Shown: positions 49,438-57,956 of the stretch, one piece after another
Numbering within the stretch: the stretch's first letter is position 1
Layout of the letters: each line of letters begins with the position of its first letter
DNA from: Minisyncoccota bacterium
GTDB taxonomy: Bacteria; Patescibacteriota; Minisyncoccia; Phycocordibacterales; GWA1-40-21
Length of the DNA: 64,000 nucleotides
Reading direction: 5' to 3'
NCBI GenBank assembly: GCA_041664585.1
Contig: JBAYKL010000001.1
Coordinates: 4,592-68,591, forward strand
The notes under the pieces: model-generated
The model's database searches: none
What the model saw: only the letters and a program-made list of their open reading frames with translations
Told to the model about the DNA's origin: nothing
Program-made: the position numbers and the translations under genes

Positions 49438-49884
49438 ATGAAAATAATACTTTTAAAGGATGTAAAGAAAGTTGGAAGAAAATTTGAAGTCAAAAATGTA
49501 GCTGACGGTCTTGCTATAAATAAACTTATTCCTATGGGAATGGCTATTCAGGCTACAGAAGGGAATATAAAAGGTTTACAAGAAAAGATTAAGATAGGAG
49601 AAAACAATTCTGCTCAAATAGAGGACTCCATAAAAAAAGCTATCGCTTCGCTTAAGGATGGTAAAGTTGTAATCACAGGGAAGACAAATGACAAAGGACA
49701 TCTATTTGCTGGAGTTCATAAAGCTCAAATTATTGAAGAATTCAAAAAAGTAACAGGTGTAGAAATTTCTGAAGATTCTATCAAACTAGAAAAACCTCTT
49801 AAGGAAGTTGGGGAACATAAAATAAAAATCACTCTCGGTGACAAAGTTTTTGAGTTTGTGGTGGAAATAAAAGGAACCAAATAA
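49438..49884 (+). CDS. rplI: 50S ribosomal protein L9
   Basis: MKIILLKDVKKVG..VADGLAINKLIP, GHLFAGV, PLKEVGEH. Confidence 0.95.
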   Translation: MKIILLKDVKKVGRKFEVKNVADGLAINKLIPMGMAIQATEGNIKGLQEKIKIGENNSAQIEDSIKKAIASLKDGKVVITGKTNDKGHLFAGVHKAQIIEEFKKVTGVEISEDSIKLEKPLKEVGEHKIKITLGDKVFEFVVEIKGTK

Positions 49885-49935
49885 CATATATAATTAAAAA
49901 CAACGGACTTTCGCCCGTTGTTTTTTATTATATCC

Positions 49936-50208
49936 TTATATTACGTTTACAAGATTTCTTCTAGAAGTTCTTGAGTCAAAGTTTGTCTTTCTCTTTGTTG
50001 TAAATTCTACTTTACCATCAGTAAGAGCAAAAAGAGTATGGTCTTTACCCACACCAACATTCTTACCAGCAATAGTGGTTCTGCCTTTTTGTCTCAATAT
50101 TACATTTCCTGTTTTTACAGATTCGTTGTGGTTTACTTTCACACCAAGGTATCTTGGATTGGAATCTCTACCGTTTTTCGATGAACCTGCTGCTTTTTTA
50201 TGTGCCAT
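49936..50208 (-). CDS. rpmA: 50S ribosomal protein L27
   Basis: [24 protein letters not shown]. Confidence 0.98.
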   Translation of the reverse strand: MAHKKAAGSSKNGRDSNPRYLGVKVNHNESVKTGNVILRQKGRTTIAGKNVGVGKDHTLFALTDGKVEFTTKRKTNFDSRTSRRNLVNVI

Positions 50209-50269
50209 ATTATTTTTTTAAAATTTAATATCCCTTTTTACGGGGATTCTGATACAATTACACTTACAA

Positions 50270-50746
50270 ATGAGTATAAATGATTTATCAGGAAAAATCA
50301 AGTCCTTTTACCTTAAAAGAAAGGACTATTTTTATAGCCAGGAAAAAGGCTTCAAAATCAGTACCGACCTGTTTATCGTCATCTTGGTCTGCCTAGTAGC
50401 CACGGCATCCTTTGGTTTAGGTAAACTTTCTGCCTTAGAAAAGAAGAAGACCCCGATCCAGGTACTTAAGGTCCAAGATGAATTATTGGCTGGGGTAGTA
50501 GGGAAGACAGAGCCTTCTTTTAAAGCCGAAAACAGCCCAACAGTAAATAATAATCTTGCTACAGCTTTAGACTCACAAACAAGCAAAGGACTTGTCCTAG
50601 CCTCAAAATCAGGCAAAAAATACTACTTTCCGTGGTGTTCTGGAGTAGACAGAATCAAAGAAGAAAACAAAGTTTGGTTCTCTTCTGTTGAAGACGCTAA
50701 GAAAGCTGGTTTAACCCCAGCTTCTGGTTGCACTGGTTTAAAATAG
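50270..50746 (+). CDS. membrane protein with C-terminal Ada-like metal-binding domain
   Basis: TM ASFGLGKL; ASKSGKKYYFPWCSG..IKEENKVWF..A..AG.TPASGC. Confidence 0.75.
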   Translation: MSINDLSGKIKSFYLKRKDYFYSQEKGFKISTDLFIVILVCLVATASFGLGKLSALEKKKTPIQVLKVQDELLAGVVGKTEPSFKAENSPTVNNNLATALDSQTSKGLVLASKSGKKYYFPWCSGVDRIKEENKVWFSSVEDAKKAGLTPASGCTGLK

Positions 50747-50974
50747 ATGGTATTGTCTAAAATAGAATTTGTCAAAAGAAAGGACTTTGAAGTGGCTAAA
50801 TTAAAATGTATCGGAGTTGGAACTTCTATAATTGTGGCGTCTATTGTTTCTGGTCCAAAACCAGCTGCTATAAAAAGTGCTGACGATCTATTAAAGGACG
50901 TCATGCGAAATTTTAAGAGTAAGTGTTTTTTAAAAGCTACGAGATCCAAAAAGTTTAACCCAGGATGGAGATAA
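50747..50974 (+). CDS. small hypothetical protein
   Basis: Starts immediately after the upstream stop; no motif. Confidence 0.5.
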   Translation: MVLSKIEFVKRKDFEVAKLKCIGVGTSIIVASIVSGPKPAAIKSADDLLKDVMRNFKSKCFLKATRSKKFNPGWR

Positions 50975-50975
50975 G

Positions 50976-51200
50976 ATGAGTAAATTATCAAGGGCAGAAG
51001 AAGATGGAATAGCTTTAGCGGATGTTGTTATGAGGTTTGCTCATAGAACATACAATGCTCCTAGGGGTAGAAAAATTGTTCAAACCTGCATTAGCAGACT
51101 TACGGGTAGAATTGATGAAATTCAACCTAAAAAAGCAACTCCGGCTTACAAAAAAGCCAGGTATAGAAAGAAAAAGAAGAAAAAAACGTTAAAGAGATGA
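50976..51200 (+). CDS. small basic hypothetical protein
   Basis: GGAG before ATG, 1-nt gap; poly-Lys tail; hairpin GGGCGCAAC/GTTGCGCCC+T follows. Confidence 0.55.
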   Translation: MSKLSRAEEDGIALADVVMRFAHRTYNAPRGRKIVQTCISRLTGRIDEIQPKKATPAYKKARYRKKKKKKTLKR

Positions 51201-51421
51201 AGAACGTGTGATTTTGGGCGCAACTTAGTTGCGCCCTTTCTTTTTGCCAGAAAACCTCTGAAAATTTACACCACAAAATAGGGGATTAAGCAAGGTAAAA
51301 GTGGCTCAACCAAGCCGTATTAAAGAGTTTGACTATTGACGAAACGTGTTGTAAAAGCTTGACTTTATAAAACAGGTATGATAGTATATATAGGAAATCA
51401 GAGGCAACTCTGATTTTAATT

Positions 51422-51910
51422 ATGATAGAAATATTAACGACGTCTTTCTTCATCTTTTCTTCAATATACGGAGGCCCGGTTAATACTAGCGACGTAAAAG
51501 TTTCTAGCAACGTACCGCAGATAAAAGCCCCAGTAGTTGAGAAAACAGAAACCGAAGTTCCAAATAACATTGGTTTAGAGAAGAAGGTCAGAGAATTTTT
51601 CAAGAACGATCCTTTGCTTGTAGATATTTCAAGATGTGAATCTCACTTCAGACAATATGATACAGATGGAGAATCGCTCAGAGGTAAGGTAAATAGTTCA
51701 GATATAGGCTTGATGCAGATAAATGAATATTATCATGCAGACACAGCAAAAAAACTTGGTATGGACATTCACACTGTAGAAGGAAACCTAGCTTATGCTA
51801 AGTATCTCTACAACAAGGAAGGTGCACAACCATGGAAATCTTCTTCAAAGTGTTGGGCTACAAATGTAGCAAGTACACCTAGAACAGGAGAATTGGCAGT
51901 TAACATCTAA
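51422..51910 (+). CDS. lytic transglycosylase-like (SLT/lysozyme fold) protein
   Basis: ISRCESHFRQ (catalytic ES), DIGLMQIN, GNLAYAKYLY..GAQPW..S..CW. Confidence 0.8.
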   Translation: MIEILTTSFFIFSSIYGGPVNTSDVKVSSNVPQIKAPVVEKTETEVPNNIGLEKKVREFFKNDPLLVDISRCESHFRQYDTDGESLRGKVNSSDIGLMQINEYYHADTAKKLGMDIHTVEGNLAYAKYLYNKEGAQPWKSSSKCWATNVASTPRTGELAVNI

Positions 51911-51931
51911 CAGCCAAAACAAATTATAAAT

Positions 51932-52029
51932 AAATACAAAAGGCGGGTTTGCGAAAGCGAGCTCGCCTTTTGTATTTATAAGATATAAAAAAGCCCAAGC
52001 CGCAGGTGTACAGACCTGGGGCTTGGGCT
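51932..52029. terminator. two back-to-back terminator hairpins (one per strand)
   Basis: AAATACAAAAGGCG...CGCCTTTTGTATTT, then AAAAAAGCCCAAGCC...GGCTTGGGCT. Confidence 0.75.
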
Positions 52030-52077
52030 GAAGGTTTTGATTCATTGGCGATTCCTACAAACGCCGCGCGGCCTTAT

Positions 52078-52122
52078 TCATTTCTTTGCCGTAAGACGAC
52101 GAATTTTTCGTTTATACGCCAT
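52078..52122 (-). CDS. 14-aa basic micropeptide MAYKRKIRRLTAKK
   Basis: AAAGGAGGT SD 4 nt upstream of ATG; followed by a terminator; absent from the ORF track. Confidence 0.55.
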   Translation of the reverse strand: MAYKRKIRRLTAKK

Positions 52123-52149
52123 TTTTACCTCCTTTCATCTAAAAAAGAA

Positions 52150-52446
52150 TTATAATTCACCGTCTGGTTTGCCTCGATCATCAATACAATCCAGACATTT
52201 TAATATCTTTTTGTCCCGCCTACTGTTAGATATTAGGATAATGATAACAACAAGAGCCACAGCAACAACGACTAGGGGAATTAATGTTACAGCTGCATTA
52301 ACATCTTCGTGGTTAAGCTCTTTGTTTTTCATTCTTGCGGTGATGAACGACTGAGCCAGACTTAAGGAAAACAATACTGCAAGTGATGCAAAAATTAACC
52401 ATCTCAGAAATATTCTTACCCTCGTAACTACATCCAGTGTTTTCAT
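52150..52446 (-). CDS. hypothetical 2-TM protein (accessory cassette)
   Basis: Two hydrophobic segments, CLDC; AAAGGG SD; own promoter 52495-52525. Confidence 0.65.
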   Translation of the reverse strand: MKTLDVVTRVRIFLRWLIFASLAVLFSLSLAQSFITARMKNKELNHEDVNAAVTLIPLVVVAVALVVIIILISNSRRDKKILKCLDCIDDRGKPDGEL

Positions 52447-52589
52447 TATTTTAACCCTTTCTTTTATAACTTAAAGAACAACCTGTATTAGAGGATATTA
52501 AACCATAATTGATTACTTAATACAATATCTAATAAAAAACCCCACCAAGCCGAAACTTAGGTGAGGGTTTAGTTGATCGGTGGCCGAAT

Positions 52590-52790
52590 TTACCTCCTTA
52601 CAACCTTGAATTTGAAATCTGTATCAAGAAAGATTCCATTAATCTTGTCAGCAATTTGACTTGGTGTCATATTCCTAAACAAGAGATGCCAAGCTTTATG
52701 CTGTCTTTCTTCAATAATGGATATATTGAATGATTCCTCAGAGCCTCCACGCGAACGCGGTTTCCTATGATGGCGGTTTTTAAATTTCAT
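52590..52790 (-). CDS. minimal HNH-like endonuclease
   Basis: RHHRKPRSRGG....NIS......HKAWHLLF; GGAGG SD. Confidence 0.7.
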   Translation of the reverse strand: MKFKNRHHRKPRSRGGSEESFNISIIEERQHKAWHLLFRNMTPSQIADKINGIFLDTDFKFKVVRR

Positions 52791-52977
52791 CTAATACCTC
52801 CATCGCATCTTTTTTTGCTTCCATAGGCAGAACCTTTCGATTAATTTATTAGCCAGAAAGAACTATACTAATATTAAATCATGACCGGTTATTTAATACA
52901 AGATGCAGGGAAGTATGAATAGTTTTGATTGACAAAGACCCTTTTTGTACTAATCTTATATCAGATAAGGAGAAACT

Positions 52978-53469
52978 ATGACTAATGCAGTGCTAGTTTT
53001 ATATACGAGACTCAACCCTATAAATAGGCAACTCGAAGTGCTCTTTGCAAAAAAACACGCTGAAGCGAAAGTTGGTGCTGGTAAACTCAATGGCTACGGT
53101 GGTTGTATTGATCCAGGGGAAACTCCAGCTCAAGCAGCTATAAGAGAAACCAGTGAAGAAGCTGGTGAAAATTTCTTGGTACTTGAAAAAGATCTCAAAG
53201 CTAGAGGTATAATAACTTTCTATGATCATGAGATAAGACCAAAATGGAAAGTGTATATCTTTGTCTGCGACAGGTTCAGTGGCGAACCGAAGGAGTCCAA
53301 AGAGATGCTTGATCCCAAGTGGTTTGATGCAGATCAAATTCCTAAGCTCGATATACTACCAGCAGACAAACTATTCATGCCAAAGATTCTATCTGGCAAA
53401 ACCGTTCATAACGGATGGGTTATCTTCAAAAGGAACTTCAGCGGTGTTAGGGGATATGGTGGTTTTTAA
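52978..53469 (+). CDS. Nudix hydrolase (MutT/8-oxo-dGTPase-like)
   Basis: LNGYGGCIDPGETPAQAAIRETSEEAG, ESKEM.PKWF, PAD; AAGGAG SD. Confidence 0.88.
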   Translation: MTNAVLVLYTRLNPINRQLEVLFAKKHAEAKVGAGKLNGYGGCIDPGETPAQAAIRETSEEAGENFLVLEKDLKARGIITFYDHEIRPKWKVYIFVCDRFSGEPKESKEMLDPKWFDADQIPKLDILPADKLFMPKILSGKTVHNGWVIFKRNFSGVRGYGGF

Positions 53470-53884
53470 TAAAACCACGTCACCAAGTCGGTCTTATTTA
53501 AAAGTAAGACCGATTTTTTATTACATAAAGAAAAATACGCGATTCTGTTTTAGCCAAAACTGGCAGAGAGAATGTGAGGGGAATTAAGGCTTTGTTATTA
53601 TATATGTGTCGCACAATATATCTTTTGCCTGATATATATCTCAAATATGGCTTAAATAACAACAAAGGCACTTCCCCGGGTATTTTTAGAAAATTCTTAG
53701 TATTACTATAAAAATGTAGAAATATTTATTTATATAATAATTTATCTCAAAAAATATTTCTGAAAAGTTTTCTCTCCCCTCTAGACTAGATCAGTGTCAT
53801 AAATTTTTAAATTAGTCATTTTTCACTTTTTAGCAAAAAAGGCCTTTTCGGCCTTTTTTGTGTTTTTAACGATCTCTATAAATA

Positions 53885-54145
53885 TTATCCCAAATTCATA
53901 GCAGCCAAACCTTCTTGTATAAGCCTCCAAAGGACTCCGACAACAAACTTGTCCCATACAAAGATCACAGGAGCAGCCAAGTAATTGTTCCAGAAGGTTT
54001 TTATAAAACCCCAAACATACTGTAAATTAGTTTGAACACTGTCTGACTCAATTATATCTTTTATATTAAAACCAAAATATCCTAGAACGATAAGAGCAAT
54101 TACTACTACAACCACCATCTTTATTAAACCTTTATTTTTTTGCAT
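53885..54145 (-). CDS. small membrane hypothetical protein
   Basis: N-terminal TM IALIVLGYFGFNI, amphipathic remainder. Confidence 0.7.
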   Translation of the reverse strand: MQKNKGLIKMVVVVVIALIVLGYFGFNIKDIIESDSVQTNLQYVWGFIKTFWNNYLAAPVIFVWDKFVVGVLWRLIQEGLAAMNLG

Positions 54146-54213
54146 AAATTTTATTAAAATAAATTAATCTAAAAGCTTTAATAATTATACCACAAAAAAT
54201 ACTCTGCAAATGT

Positions 54214-55485
54214 TTACAAGTATGTCATTGGGTCCAAATATCCTTTAGGATCTGCTATAGGCATTGTGTACGTTCCTTTGCATACCTTACTCTTCATACT
54301 ACTGATCTTTACACCCTGAGTAGCATAGAGGCTCAAATGTAAGTGTGGACCAGTACTATATCCGGTATTTCCAGAGTATGCGATGGTGTCTCCAGTATAT
54401 ACTCTATCTCCTGCCTTAACTTTTATTAAAGAAAGGTGCCCATATAAAGTAGAAAGACCATTATCGTGTTTTATGAGAATCCATTTACCATACGATGCAG
54501 CAGAACAAACCGTATCTGTGTCTCCAGTGCCTTCAATAGTTCCAGAAAGTGCGGCCTTTACTTTTGTACCGACAGAAGCTCTAAAGTCCACGCCGTTGTG
54601 ACTTCCAGATGTATAAAGTCTTCCAGAGTCAGATGTGACTCCAAACTTTTGAGTTATATAAACATTGTCTAGTGGATATGCAAGTATACCTTTTCCTGCT
54701 TTTGGAATACTCTTGGGATCAATAGCGAGTCTTAGATCAGATTCAAATTGAGTAAGTTCTTTATTAAAAGCATCGGCTAAAGCCTGCTTTGAGGCAAGAA
54801 GTTTTTTGTAGTCGGACTCTTTATTCTTAGTTTGGGCTAAAAGCTGGGTTTTTGATTTTTTATTTATCTCTAATATAGCTTTCTGATCTTCTAGGTCAGA
54901 TTTTAATGCGACTAACTTTTTTCTTTTACTTTCTGCATCACCCTTATCTACCTCAAGACCTGTCTTTATAATCTTAGTCTCTGATACCTTTTGTCTTATG
55001 CTATTTTGAATTCTAAGTAAACTTTCTGTACTCATCCAAAACTGAGAAAGATTACTACTAGATATTAAATTTTCTATAATAGATGTTTGATCTATTTCAT
55101 TTATCTCTCTTATGGTTTGTCCTATGACTTTACTATTAAGATTAATATCCTTTTCTTTACCAACTATCTCAAATCCGAGTCTTTGTATTTCAAGTTCTGT
55201 TGTCTTGATATTATTCTCAGTAAGCTTAATATCTAAAAGATTTTTTTTCTCTGTAGCTTCTATGGTTTTAAGCGCCTTTGAAAGTGAATCGACTTCCCCA
55301 CCAATAGTTTTTAATTGAGCTTGATATTCAGCTATTTCTTTCTCAAGCTGAAGTTTACTCTTAGTTGTACTGTCTATTTTTGCTTTTATCTCGTCTATTG
55401 ACTGTCCTAAAGATACGTTTCCTAATAACATAAAAGTAATGAATACAAAAAGAGATATTCTTACTGTTTTGTTATATATACTCAT
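54214..55485 (-). CDS. coiled-coil M23 murein endopeptidase (EnvC/NlpD-like)
   Basis: Signal peptide, long coiled coil, HNGVD, YGHL, GNTGYSTGPHLH. Confidence 0.9.
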   Translation of the reverse strand: MSIYNKTVRISLFVFITFMLLGNVSLGQSIDEIKAKIDSTTKSKLQLEKEIAEYQAQLKTIGGEVDSLSKALKTIEATEKKNLLDIKLTENNIKTTELEIQRLGFEIVGKEKDINLNSKVIGQTIREINEIDQTSIIENLISSSNLSQFWMSTESLLRIQNSIRQKVSETKIIKTGLEVDKGDAESKRKKLVALKSDLEDQKAILEINKKSKTQLLAQTKNKESDYKKLLASKQALADAFNKELTQFESDLRLAIDPKSIPKAGKGILAYPLDNVYITQKFGVTSDSGRLYTSGSHNGVDFRASVGTKVKAALSGTIEGTGDTDTVCSAASYGKWILIKHDNGLSTLYGHLSLIKVKAGDRVYTGDTIAYSGNTGYSTGPHLHLSLYATQGVKISSMKSKVCKGTYTMPIADPKGYLDPMTYL

Positions 55486-55486
55486 C

Positions 55487-56839
55487 TTATTTTAATAACA
55501 ATTCTATAGCTATACTTATTCTTGAGAGGGTTTCTGCTTTACCTAATGTACCACAGAGAGTAAACGGATCTGGAGATTTTTCTTTACCAGAGAGGGAAAC
55601 ACGGAGTGGCCAAAGCACGTTCCCCTTCCCTTTCTCTTCAGCAATTTTCCAGATAGCTTCTTTTGTACTTTCTGAAGAAAAATTACTTTCGTCCATTTTT
55701 TCAAATATTTCTGATACAAGTTTAAGGTTTTCTGCAGCTTCCTGTGTTGTGCCACCCTTTTTCCAAACTATCATCTCTTTATCCAAAATCGGTTTCTCAA
55801 AGAAATATTGAATATCGCCATCCTTAAGCATTTGGTCTACATCAGACCAAACATTAATTCTTTCTAAAATGATTGGGGTTATTTTTTTAATAATTTCATC
55901 ATTTTGATATCCAGAATTTTTGATTAGTCTATTTGTAATTTCTTCTTGGACTTTTTCTATTGGAAGTTTCTTAAGATATTCTTTGTTATACCAGAGTAAT
56001 TTTTGTGGATTAAATATAGCCCCGGCCTTTTGGACCTTAGATATATCAAATTTTTCAATTAATTCATCGAGTGAAAAAACTTCTTCTTCTGTTCCAGGAT
56101 TCCAACCCAAAAAAGCAATGAAGTTTAACATAGCCTCTGGTAGATATCCCATTTTTTCATAATATTCTACAGATACCATTTCACCATGTTTTCTTTTTGA
56201 AAGTTTTTCTCTCGTCTCAGATAGAATAAGGGGCATGTGCCCGTAAACTGGTCTTGGTTTTTCTCCTATAGCCTCCCATATTAAAATCTGCCTAGGAGTA
56301 TTTGAAAGGTGCTCTTCTGCACGAATAACATGTGTGATCCCCATGGTAATATCGTCAACAACATTTGAAAGGTGGAAGATTGGTTCATCTAAGCTTTTGG
56401 CGATAATGAAATCTCCAAGATCTGTTGTATCAAAAACAACATCTCCTTTTATTAAGTCGTTGAAAGCAATTTTTTTATTTGGATTTTTGAATCTAATAAC
56501 TTCTGCTCTTTGTCCTTCTTCTTTTACCTCCTCCTTTGAAACATAGGCATGCCCATTTTCTATGAGCTTCTCTATATACTTTCTGTGTACAGAAAAATAA
56601 TCTGACTGTAGTAATGTGTCATCAAATTTTAAACCAAGCCATTCGAAGGCTTTGACTATACCTTCGGTATATTCCTTTTTTGATCTTTCTAAATCAGTAT
56701 CTTCAATTCTTAAAATTATTTTACCTTTATTTTGCCTTGCGTATAAATAATTAAAAAGAGCAGTCCTAGCTCCACCAATGTGAAGGAAGCCGGTAGGGCT
56801 CGGTGCGAATCTTAAAACCATTTGTTCATTATTCTTCAT
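55487..56839 (-). CDS. gltX: glutamyl-tRNA synthetase
   Basis: RFAPSPTGFLHIGG, RIEDTD, KLSKR. Confidence 0.97.
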   Translation of the reverse strand: MKNNEQMVLRFAPSPTGFLHIGGARTALFNYLYARQNKGKIILRIEDTDLERSKKEYTEGIVKAFEWLGLKFDDTLLQSDYFSVHRKYIEKLIENGHAYVSKEEVKEEGQRAEVIRFKNPNKKIAFNDLIKGDVVFDTTDLGDFIIAKSLDEPIFHLSNVVDDITMGITHVIRAEEHLSNTPRQILIWEAIGEKPRPVYGHMPLILSETREKLSKRKHGEMVSVEYYEKMGYLPEAMLNFIAFLGWNPGTEEEVFSLDELIEKFDISKVQKAGAIFNPQKLLWYNKEYLKKLPIEKVQEEITNRLIKNSGYQNDEIIKKITPIILERINVWSDVDQMLKDGDIQYFFEKPILDKEMIVWKKGGTTQEAAENLKLVSEIFEKMDESNFSSESTKEAIWKIAEEKGKGNVLWPLRVSLSGKEKSPDPFTLCGTLGKAETLSRISIAIELLLK

Positions 56840-57956
56840 GTTGTATTCCTATTTTAATTATTTCTTCTGCAATTATTTTTGCTGAATCGGCCTTAACAAA
56901 CTCTTTTGCTCCCAATGACATTTTTTCTGCGATCTTTGGATTTGTCATTATTCTTTCAACTTCTGACAAAAGAATGTTTGCTGATAGATTTGCTTCCTCT
57001 ATAACTGTACAAGCTCCTGATCTCGCATAATTATATGCATTTTCTCTTTGGTGGTCACCGTTTGAATCTGTGATTGGAATAATGATGCTTGGTATACCCC
57101 AGTTTGCTATTTCAAATATAGTTGAACCCGCTCTCGATACTACAAGGCTCGCAGCACCAGCGGCCATACTCATATTTAGATTATCCATATAATCATATGG
57201 TCTATATCTAGTCTTATAATGGCTATCTGCAAGAACCACACTGGCCGTTCTTGAAATTTCCTCAATGTTTAATTTCCCAGTCTGATGCACGACATAATAT
57301 TTCTCTACGAGCTGAGGAAGAATATTCAATATTTGTTCATTTATAAGCCTTGAACCAAGAGAGCCACCAAGTATAAAAACGACAGGAAGATCTTCAGCCA
57401 TATTAAGAAACTCTTTTGAGGCAGATTTTGTTGGTTGAAGAATTGCCTTTCTTACTGGATTTCCAGTATAAGCAACCTTCTTAGAATTAAAATATTTAAC
57501 TGTCTCAGGATATGACACGGCTATTCTTTGAGCAAATTTGGCTGACCAAGTGTTTGTTCTACCAGGCACACTATCAGACTCATGTATCATCACAGGAATT
57601 TTTAATAACCTTGCAGCAACTAATATTGGGAAACTTGTGTAAGCTCCTTTACTGAAAATTACATCTGGATATAAACTAAAGAGTTTCTTAGTTGCAGAAA
57701 TTATTCCAAAGAAGGTTCTAAATAAATCTGGAATATTCTTAAGAGAAAAATATCTTCTTACTTTTCCTGCGGAGATTTTTATAAAAGTAATATTGTTTTC
57801 TAAAAGTGCTTCTGCATCGTATGGAGAATCAGACATAAAGAAAAGCTCTACGGGCAAAAGCTTTTCTTCTCTTACTTGTCTATTTATTTCTTCTGCAATT
57901 GCTATAAGCGGATAAAAATGTCCACCAGATCCTCCTCCTGTTAATAATATTTTCAT
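56829..57956 (-). CDS. murG: MurG glycosyltransferase
   Basis: TGGGSGGHFYP, HESD, TGNPVR, GGSLGS, SRAG, HQRENA. Confidence 0.96.
   Translation of the reverse strand: MKILLTGGGSGGHFYPLIAIAEEINRQVREEKLLPVELFFMSDSPYDAEALLENNITFIKISAGKVRRYFSLKNIPDLFRTFFGIISATKKLFSLYPDVIFSKGAYTSFPILVAARLLKIPVMIHESDSVPGRTNTWSAKFAQRIAVSYPETVKYFNSKKVAYTGNPVRKAILQPTKSASKEFLNMAEDLPVVFILGGSLGSRLINEQILNILPQLVEKYYVVHQTGKLNIEEISRTASVVLADSHYKTRYRPYDYMDNLNMSMAAGAASLVVSRAGSTIFEIANWGIPSIIIPITDSNGDHQRENAYNYARSGACTVIEEANLSANILLSEVERIMTNPKIAEKMSLGAKEFVKADSAKIIAEEIIKIGIQHEE

Noticed and set aside
51900-53500. Integron cassette array or prophage remnant
   Set aside because: No integrase, no attC-type GTTRRRY/RYYYAAC pairs recognised and no phage structural genes; each ORF has its own promoter, unlike typical integron cassettes
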